DNA of 8,865 nucleotides from Selaginella moellendorffii (taxonomy: Eukaryota > Plantae > Lycopodiophyta), in assembly GCF_000143415.4 (NCBI RefSeq), contig NW_003314647.1, forward strand, positions 1 through 8,865, written 5' to 3'. The notes under the pieces were generated by a model. That model did not search any database and was not told the origin of the DNA. It was given only the letters and a program-made list of their open reading frames with translations. How positions within the stretch are numbered: the stretch's first letter is position 1; each line of letters opens with the position of its first letter. Position numbers and translations under genes: made by a program. Below, in pieces: positions 1 through 8,482 of the stretch.

Positions 1-1826
1 GGACTTGCATAGGTTTTCTATGTTAGTATATCGATTCTATCTCTGTCGATATCATTTGGTTACATTTAGTCCGTGGTGTTGGATTTCATTGAGTCTTGGA
101 TGTGGTGATTCACTCTTTGATGAAATGTTATCTGTAACTGAGTATTGCTGAAGGATTGGTCTCGGATACTAAGCATAGTATCTTCGACTTTGGTTAGCTT
201 GGTTGCTGGAAAGCTCCGAGTGGTGATTCACTCTTGCTTTCTTCTAGCTTTGTCCTGATGTTGATGGCATTGAAGTGATGCCTTGTCATTGATATTGTTG
301 ATATTGAGATCTGAGTGAAATGAGATATCCTTCCAAGGATTGATATTGAGTTTCATTAGTCTTGATGAATATAGTGTTGATGATTTGGCTAAAGCTTTGT
401 GTTGTTGGCATTCGTGCATTTGCTAGTTAGCAACTGTGTTGACGTTCAAACGAACTGAGTGGCAAGTTGAGTTAGTTGTGTTCTAGACGAGATTATTTAG
501 TAGAGGGTTGAGCTTTAGCTTTTCCTTGAAAAGTGATTTAGTCGTGGACTATGCTAACTCTACGAGAAGAAGAGTTAGTGATCGATATTAGAATGTTGAG
601 TCCTTGCTGGATTTGAGTTCGGAATATAGCAATCATTAATGATTCTTTTTGAGCTTGTTATGAAGTGAGTTACGTCTTGCTATAGATGGATTCATGGAGG
701 ATCGTTTGATGATCACTTGTTAAGCATAGCTTCGTTATGCTTAGCTTTTGGATTGATGCAGAAATGCTCTTCATTAGCTTTGGCATTATGAAGTTTGGCT
801 TATGGATGTGTTGAGGAAGATATTGTGGGTTGCACCATGATTTCTTCTTTAGCATTGAAGTTAGCTTCTATGAGACTCGTGATCATTATTAGGCAAGACT
901 TAGTTATAGGCTTCTTCGAGCTTTTGGTTCTTGAGTTTTGTGCTCATTGTTCCATTTGTTAGAAGTTGTTGGGGAAGGCATTTTGGCTCATTAGCTTCGA
1001 TGTTGAAGTTAGTATTTGCATTTAGCAATCATTGGTGATGATTGACTATCATCTAGGAAAGTTGATTATCCTTGTCGAAGGTTTTGCTTGATTATCGTTG
1101 ATCTAGATTGATTTGCTATTCTTCGGGATGGTGGATTCCTTCTAAGACAATGATTCTGCATATCTCTTATTGATGGGATGATTAATGATCTTTCATGATG
1201 GTTAGTTGTTCTCTTTGATAGCTTTTGGCTTTTTGCAATACCACCAGTTGTTTGTGGTTTGCTCTGGATTGGTCTCTTGGGTTTGATACGTTAGTAGGAT
1301 GTTGCTAACACTTGCTTAGGCAACTTGAGTTCCTTGGTATTGTTGACTGGGATCTATTCAGATTGGCTTTTGTGATAGTTGGCAGGAATGAGTGTTTGTT
1401 GGTCTTACCACATTCATTTTCTTCTGTTGATTGTTGCTAGAGTTAGTTTTGATAGATTTGGATGTTATTTCCTTTGGGTGATACATTCGCGAGCATTGTG
1501 CTTGTTAGTCAATGATACTTTGTGTTCTTTGAGTTCTCTCTAGTAAGTTGTTGGCTTACTGTCTACTATCTTCGATAGTTAAGTTTCATCATTGAGTTTC
1601 CTTGATGATATACTAGCTATTGAATTTTGTTGGATGGTCATTCCTGTGTTTGCCAAATTATGATGATCTTGGTGGTTCCTATCTACAATACTACTAGTTT
1701 ATCGGATGATAACTTGTTTAGAATACTTTTGTGTTCTTCTCTAAGATATAATCACTAGTAATTACGCTTCTTAGATATCATTGTTTATGACTTTGATATA
1801 GTCCCTATATATTGATCTTTGAGTTT

Positions 1827-2347
1827 GGGCCAGTATAGGCAGACTGGCTTCGGCACTTCATGTGCATGGTGAAATCTCTAGTCATGGGGTAGCTACTGTC
1901 GACTGGTCACATAACCCGCCTCTTTGTCGATGTTCCTTATTCCGTTGAAAGGGCGTGACCGTGTAAACAACTCTAACTGCCTGTTGACAGTAGTCTATCT
2001 AAACCTTACCGACGGGTTTGGTTTCTTTGCTCAGGAGGGTTGGGGCCTCTGGCTTCTCTCTCTATGTCTCTGCGGGCAGGGCATATCACACTTTTGTAGC
2101 TGGGTGACACCCAGAGCAGCAAGGGTGGCTGATTCTGTTGGTCATTTCCTTGTCGGCGACGGCCGGAAGGTGTCTGAGCTGGTAGCGCATCCGCGTTAGA
2201 CAAAGAGGTTCCCCCTAACTCATTTAAGTTGGTGCATTTCTCACATAGTGTGAGTACCGTGAACTTTTTATGGAGTTGTTTCCTTGGCGGTATTCTAGAC
2301 TGGAGTATGCATCGACGAGGACGTCGATCTTCCCAAGGGGGGGAGAG
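1827..2347 (+). ncRNA. Putative structured cis-acting RNA domain upstream of the PPT, copy 1 (family unknown)
   Basis: Near-continuous stems: 1827-1850, 1853-1865, 1892-1903/1983-1994 (12 bp) enclosing 1905-1910/1955-1960, 1999-2021, 2100-2114, 2121-2151, 2171-2177/2196-2202, 2240-2254, 2311-2328. GC-richer than the upstream sequence, with about 24 differences in ~540 nt versus copy 2 (hand count). Confidence 0.5.
2335..2347 (+). promoter_or_regulatory. Polypurine tract (plus-strand primer site) of LTR retroelement, copy 1
   Basis: 13 consecutive purines AAGGGGGGGAGAG directly before TG; identical in copy 2. Confidence 0.85.
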
Positions 2348-2750
2348 TGTCGCGCATGTGACTTCGGGTATCGAAAGTTACCTGTCGGCTAGTCCTTACG
2401 GACACTCTTACCTTACTGCCACGATGGCAGGAGGTCGGTATTGCTGGTTCCCTTTATTAGCCCCTCTTGTTCAAGTGTTAAGTTTACTGGGCTTAGCACC
2501 TGTACTTAGCCAGATGGCCATAAGGTAGGAACTCCTATGTGTTTCTAGCTGAGCATACCTCGGCCTGGCTTTTTAGTTCTCTTTTGCTCTGTCTTGCACT
2601 GGCTTGACAAGAACCCTCGCGTATTGAGATTGGTCCCTCAATATTGCTACCTGATAGCTTACCGTGTCTGCCAAAAACCCTCGCTATCATGCCCTTTGTG
2701 TTAGTCTCATTTCGGTCCCAAATACTATTTATGGAAAGTGTCTAGATTTG
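2348..2750 (+). repeat. LTR, 5' (U3) part; 3' end hidden in the N gap
   Basis: Starts TGTCGCG right after the PPT and is homologous to 8483-8865. No matching ...GCGACA terminus or PBS was found after the gap. Confidence 0.75.
2726..2732 (+). promoter_or_regulatory. Candidate LTR TATA-like box (TATTTAT)
   Basis: TATTTAT about 380 nt into the LTR, retained in copy 2 (8855-8861). Position is compatible with the end of U3; short motif only. Confidence 0.35.
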
Positions 2751-3695
2751 NNNNNNNNNNNNNNNNNNNNNNNNNNNNNNNNNNNNNNNNNNNNNNNNNN
2801 NNNNNNNNNNNNNNNNNNNNNNNNNNNNNNNNNNNNNNNNNNNNNNNNNNNNNNNNNNNNNNNNNNNNNNNNNNNNNNNNNNNNNNNNNNNNNNNNNNNN
2901 NNNNNNNNNNNNNNNNNNNNNNNNNNNNNNNNNNNNNNNNNNNNNNNNNNNNNNNNNNNNNNNNNNNNNNNNNNNNNNNNNNNNNNNNNNNNNNNNNNNN
3001 NNNNNNNNNNNNNNNNNNNNNNNNNNNNNNNNNNNNNNNNNNNNNNNNNNNNNNNNNNNNNNNNNNNNNNNNNNNNNNNNNNNNNNNNNNNNNNNNNNNN
3101 NNNNNNNNNNNNNNNNNNNNNNNNNNNNNNNNNNNNNNNNNNNNNNNNNNNNNNNNNNNNNNNNNNNNNNNNNNNNNNNNNNNNNNNNNNNNNNNNNNNN
3201 NNNNNNNNNNNNNNNNNNNNNNNNNNNNNNNNNNNNNNNNNNNNNNNNNNNNNNNNNNNNNNNNNNNNNNNNNNNNNNNNNNNNNNNNNNNNNNNNNNNN
3301 NNNNNNNNNNNNNNNNNNNNNNNNNNNNNNNNNNNNNNNNNNNNNNNNNNNNNNNNNNNNNNNNNNNNNNNNNNNNNNNNNNNNNNNNNNNNNNNNNNNN
3401 NNNNNNNNNNNNNNNNNNNNNNNNNNNNNNNNNNNNNNNNNNNNNNNNNNNNNNNNNNNNNNNNNNNNNNNNNNNNNNNNNNNNNNNNNNNNNNNNNNNN
3501 NNNNNNNNNNNNNNNNNNNNNNNNNNNNNNNNNNNNNNNNNNNNNNNNNNNNNNNNNNNNNNNNNNNNNNNNNNNNNNNNNNNNNNNNNNNNNNNNNNNN
3601 NNNNNNNNNNNNNNNNNNNNNNNNNNNNNNNNNNNNNNNNNNNNNNNNNNNNNNNNNNNNNNNNNNNNNNNNNNNNNNNNNNNNNNNNNNNNNNN
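2751..3695. other. Assembly gap (945 N)
   Basis: Run of N from 2751 to 3695. Confidence 0.99.
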
Positions 3696-6600
3696 TTTGG
3701 AGATGTTCCATTTGCACGAGTTTGAGCTTGGGCTCGTGAGTGAGGCGCATTAGCAACTCGAGGTTACACTTTGAGTTGGCAGGATTAATGTTAGCCTATC
3801 GGTGGTCCATGAGTTGTTCTATGTACCATGGGTGAAAATAAACTTTCCTTGGGTTTGCTATGAGTGGCAAATAGGCTGGTCCGTAGCTGTTTAGCACGGC
3901 ACTAGTGGATCCTTCCTAGGCATGATTATAATTGGATCAATCAAGATTGTAGAGAATAGTCTATTGGTTCAAGTAATCATTGCCGTGCTCTCTCATAAAC
4001 TTTTTTTGGATTGAACTGAAGGCAGTGCGAAAGCAAGCTTGAGGTTTGGTCAAAGATGAGACCGAAAAGAGAGTCATCGAGGACGGAGGATCAAATACGT
4101 AAATCATCTTCTCTTCTTGGAGAGATGATTTGCAATGAGGTGTTAACTCATTGCTTGTGTTCACATTATGCAATCAAGAGTCCCTACCTTGATGCATGTT
4201 GGAAATGATGGTCTTACAAGTGGTGAGTTATGGGATGGATAGTGGTGAAACACTAAACCATTTTGTCTAGGCTCGCTATTGGAAGACTTGGGTTGCAATG
4301 CTCAATTCTTTTCCGGGGAACCTTGCTATTGCTCCTTGAGTAGCTTGGTGTTGGATTAGTGTTGAGTTTGGTCGGATAGAGAGTGGCATGAGCTTGTCCG
4401 TGTTGTGAACAAAAGTTAGTGGTGTTGGGTGTCGTAAACCTCTATTGGTGGAGTGTGGCATTTATGTTGCATTTTGTCGAATCGAGTTGGCATTTGATAC
4501 TCACATAAACGTTTGAAGTAATGACATAGGCATTGCTCATTGCATTACTCAATTGATGATCAAGTCATTGTGATTATATATCATATCCATGTGATAAAGA
4601 GTAATGCGTTTACGAAGTTGCTTGGGTAAATGATGATCAACCCCAAAGTGGTTGATGGAGAAGCTAATCTACTTGCACGAAGTAGCATTGTAGTAGCTTT
4701 GACTGAATTCTCTATAGTGGTCCATTATGCTAAGCTTAAGTTGGTACCTTGTTTTCTTAAGTTTGCCCACTAAGGTGTTGGAAAAAGGGTTATAGCATTC
4801 ACTTGCTATGACTTGTCGGTTGATCCATTAGCATTTGGAGTAGATTGTTGGATGGAGAAGATGTGTAGTTGGGGCATTGACATCACTAACACTTGTGTTA
4901 GTGGAAGTGGCATTGTTATTTCGAGTGATGAGGAAGTTTTCCTTGGACCTTGATTTTCTATGTCATTTTTCTTGTTAGTGTTTTGGCTTCACATTGGATC
5001 TTGAAGGTGATTGAAGAAGCGTGTTAGTGCAATGTGGATATCCGAAGATGTGGTCTTCGTGATCAAGCCTTGGATGTTCATTTTGCACTTTGCGGATGTC
5101 AGAGTTAGATGTCGGAAAAATGGGCAAAGATGTTCGATGCTTAAGCATATTGATGGATTATGAGAATTTGTGTTGAGGTGAACCTATGTGAATTTGTTAA
5201 TAGGAGGAAGTTGGTTGAGTCTTGAAAGTTTGCATTCCTGGACTGAGAGTCATTCTTTCTCTAGGATGGAAAATTTTCCACAAATTTTCTTAGACTTTTC
5301 CAATGGCTGATCTGTTGGTCACTTTGCTCGAAAACCATTCCGTTTTCGTAAGCCAGTACAAACTATTGAAGAGGTTGGAGTTGGCTTCAGTTGGCTTAAA
5401 CCTTAGTAAGTAGTTTGTATGATGCGACCCGAAAAGGGATGCTGACTTTTTGGGGCTAAGGCAATTGAGTTGGATAGAGTCTAGAGTTGGTATAGAAAAG
5501 TGGCCGTTGCACTTTTCTAAGAAGGGTGACCCTTGTGCCTTTCTTCTGTAGTGTTATGCTGGGTGGCAGGTTGCACTTTGCATTTCGTTAAGACTCTATG
5601 AGAGTAGTGAACTCTCACTGATCTTGACTTGGTCTTGGTGGTCCTGCACCTTGGTTGAGGATGGTGATGTCCAACTTAGTTGTTTGAGGTTGAGATGTTG
5701 GTACCCGTACTATAGCTTTGTCTATGAGGAGGTTGTGTACCGATATGAGTTCATCTCATGGTCTTCACTTTAGTTTCGACTGAGTGTTGATCATGCATAG
5801 CTAGCCTCTTCAAGGCATGCTCAGAGCTAAGTGGCTAAATGTTTTAGTGAGTTTATTGCGATTGAGTTGGATTCGAGTGGTCATTTAGTTTGTGCTTGTC
5901 TATGAACTCTTATCTCGTACCTGGGGTATTATGTTCATGTTGGACAAGTATATAACTTGATGACAAGAGTTGGTGTTTGGGTCTTGTGAAGGCAAGTTGA
6001 AGGGTGATTGTTAGTTGCTTTGCGACTAGTGATTACTTGTAGACTTTGTCAAAAAAGACTTTTGATACTTGCTTTGCTCGATGATGATTTAGTAGTGATG
6101 GGCTTGCTTTACCGGATGGTGTTGCGGAGGATCGTGTCGTTAGGCTTACATGGGTTTTCCATGTTGGCATGTCGACTCTATATTTGTTGATATCATTTGG
6201 TTGCATTTAGTTTGTGGTGTTAGATTTCATTGAGTCTTGGACGTGGTGAATCACTCCTTGATGAAGTGTTATCTGTAACTGAGTTTTGTTAGAGGATTGG
6301 TCTCAGATACTGACTAAAGTATCTTCGACTTTGGTTAGCTTGGTTGCTGGAGAGTTTTGAGTGGTGATTCACTTGTGCTTTCTTCTAGCTTTGTTTTGGT
6401 GTTGATGGCATTGAAGTGATGCCTTGTCATTGACATTGTTGGTATTGAGATTCAAGTGAAATGAAATGTCTCTCTGTAGGATTGATATTGAGTTTCATTA
6501 GTTCTGATAAAAATAGTGTTGATGATTTGGCTTTAGCTTTGTGTTGTTGGCATTCATGCATTTGCTAGTTAGCAACTGTATTGATGTTCAAATGAACTGA

Positions 6601-7959
6601 GTAGCAAGTTGAGTTAGTTGTGTTCTAGATGAGATTGTTTAGTAGGGGTTGAGCTTTAGCTTTTCCTTGAAAAGTGATTCAATCGTGGACTATGCTAACT
6701 CTACAAGCGGAAGTGTTAGTGATCGATATTAGGAAGTTTGAATCCTTATTGGGTTTAAATTGGACTATATTGATCATTGATGATTCCCTTGTGCTTGTTA
6801 CGACGTGAGTTACGTCTTGCTATAGATGAATTCATGGAGGATCATTTAGTGATCACTTGTTGAGCATAGCTCCATTGTGCTTAGCTTTTGGATTGATGCA
6901 GAAATGCTCTTCATTAGCTTTGGCATTATGAAGTTTGGCTTATAGATGTGTTGAAGAAGACATTGTGGGTTGCACCATGATTTCTTCTTTAGCATTGAAG
7001 TTAGCTTCTATAAGACTCGTGATCATTATTAAGCAAGACTTGGCTATAGGCTTCTTCGAGCTTTGGTTCTTTGAGTTTTATACTCATTATTCCATTTGTT
7101 AGAAGTTGTTGGGGCAAGCATTTTGGCTCATTAGTTTCGATGTTGAAGTTGGCTTTGCATCTGGCAATCATTGGTGATGATTGATTGTCATCTAGGGTAG
7201 TTGATTATCCTTATCACAAGTTTTGCTTGATTATTGTTGGTTTGGAATTATTTGCTATTCTTCAGGATGGTAGATTCTTTCTTCAACGATGATTATACAT
7301 CACTACATTGATGGGCTAATTGACGATCTTTCATGATAGTTAGTTATTCTCTTTGATGGCTTTTAGTTTTTCGCAATACCACATATTCTTTGTGTTTTGC
7401 TCTGGATTGGTCTCTTGGGCTTGAGACATCAGTAGGATGTTGCTAACATTTGCTTAGGCAACTTGAGTTCCTTGGTGTTGTTGGCTGGGATCTATTCAGA
7501 TTAGCTTTTGTGATAGTTGGCAGGCATGAGTGTTTGTTGGTCTTACCACATTCATTCTCTTCTGTTGATCGTTGCTCGAGTTAGTTTTGATAGATTTGGA
7601 TGTTATTTCCTTTGGGTGATACATTCGCGAGCATTATGCTTGTTAGTCAATGATACTTTGTGTTCTTTGAGTTCTCTTTAGTAAGTTGTTGGCTTACTGT
7701 CTATTATTTTCGGTAGTTAAGTTTCCTCATTGAGTTTTCTTGATGATCTACTTGCTATTGAATTTTGTTGGATGGTTAATCCTATGTTTCCCGAACTGAT
7801 GATCTTGGTGGTTCCTACACTATAAATACTAGTTTATCAGATGATAACTTATGTGGAATACTTTTGTGTTCTACTCTAAGATATAATCACTAGTAATTAA
7901 GCTTCTCAGATATCATTGTCTCTGACTTTGATATTGTCCATCCATTGATCTTTGAGTTT

Positions 7960-8482
7960 GGGCCAGTATAGGCAGACTGGCTTCAGCACTTCGTGTGCAT
8001 GGTGAAATCTTTAGTCATGGGGTAGCTACTGTCGACTGGTCACATAACCCGCCTCTCTGTCGATGTTCCTTATTCTGTGAAAGGGCGTGACCGTGTAAAC
8101 AACTCTACACTGCTTGTTTACAGTAGTCTATCTAAACCTTACCGACGGGTTTGGTTTCTTTGCTCAGGAGGGTTGGGGCCTCTGGCTTCTCTCTCTATGT
8201 TCCTGCGGGCAGGGCATATCACACTTTTGTAGCTGGGTGACACCCAGAGCAGCAAGGGTGGCTGACTCCGTTGGTCATTTCCTTGTCGGTGACGGCCGGA
8301 AGGTGTCTGAACTAGTAGCGCATCCGCGTTAGACAAAGAGGTTGCCCCTTTAACTCATTTAAGTTGGTGCATTTCTCACATAGTGTGAGTACCGTGAACT
8401 TTTTCTGGAGTTGTTTCCTTGGCGGTATTCTAGACTCGAGTGTTCATCGACGAGGACGTCGATTTTCCCAAGGGGGGGAGAG
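7960..8482 (+). ncRNA. Putative structured cis-acting RNA domain upstream of the PPT, copy 2
   Basis: The same stems are retained. Several substitutions fall in loops or keep pairing, e.g. TCGGC->TCGGT opposite GCCGG, and GCTGAC-TCC-GTTGGT. Confidence 0.5.
8470..8482 (+). promoter_or_regulatory. Polypurine tract of LTR retroelement, copy 2
   Basis: AAGGGGGGGAGAG directly before TGTCGCG at 8483. Confidence 0.85.

Larger units (their letters stand above)
1..2736 (+). repeat. Long direct repeat, copy 1 (partner 6142-8865)
   Basis: Collinear match with offset 6141 at the start (pos 1 = 6142), 6135 at the LTR start and 6129 at the end (2736 = 8865). Differences are mostly transitions (11 of 12 in the first 60 nt). 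Confidence 0.97.
1..2750 (+). mobile_element. 3' portion of non-autonomous (LARD-like) LTR retroelement, copy 1: non-coding internal region, PPT and 5' part of LTR
   Basis: PPT AAGGGGGGGAGAG (2335-2347) is immediately followed by TG (2348), the canonical PPT/3'LTR junction. The whole segment is repeated at 6142-8865. No gag/pol ORF appears in the six-frame track. Confidence 0.75.

Noticed and set aside
228-855. Minus-strand ORFs of 61-70 aa (also 3961-4173, 4276-4461) and 6008-6190 (+)
   Set aside because: Short, without motifs, and with composition that simply reflects strand skew. The 228-419 and 670-855 ORFs are not called in the second copy.
1795-1804. GATATAGTCC resembling the group I intron S element
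   Set aside because: Changed to GATATTGTCC in copy 2, and no matching R element or P7 partner was found.
1999-2008. CTAAACCTTA and AAACCCT (2675-2681) resembling plant telomere or telo-box motifs
   Set aside because: Single imperfect short matches. The first is one arm of a hairpin and the second is not conserved in copy 2.
1924-2528. Short ORFs 1924-2199, 2006-2203 (-) and 2229-2528, mirrored at 8114-8605
   Set aside because: They mostly use non-ATG starts and have no recognisable domain. The + strand ORFs differ in start or end between copies, and many differences are non-synonymous. Their recurrence is explained by the DNA repeat.
2664-3756. Three long ORFs (333-353 aa) in the ORF track
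   Set aside because: Artefacts of translating through the 945-N gap.
3696-4100. Search for the LTR 3' end (CA) and tRNA primer-binding site after the gap
   Set aside because: No GCGACA-type terminus or TGGTATCAGAGC-like PBS was found, so neither is annotated.
7796-7802. CTGATGA hammerhead core-like motif (retrozyme hypothesis)
   Set aside because: No suitably placed GAAA or stems, absent from copy 1, and not within the LTR. The unsequenced part of the LTR cannot be assessed.
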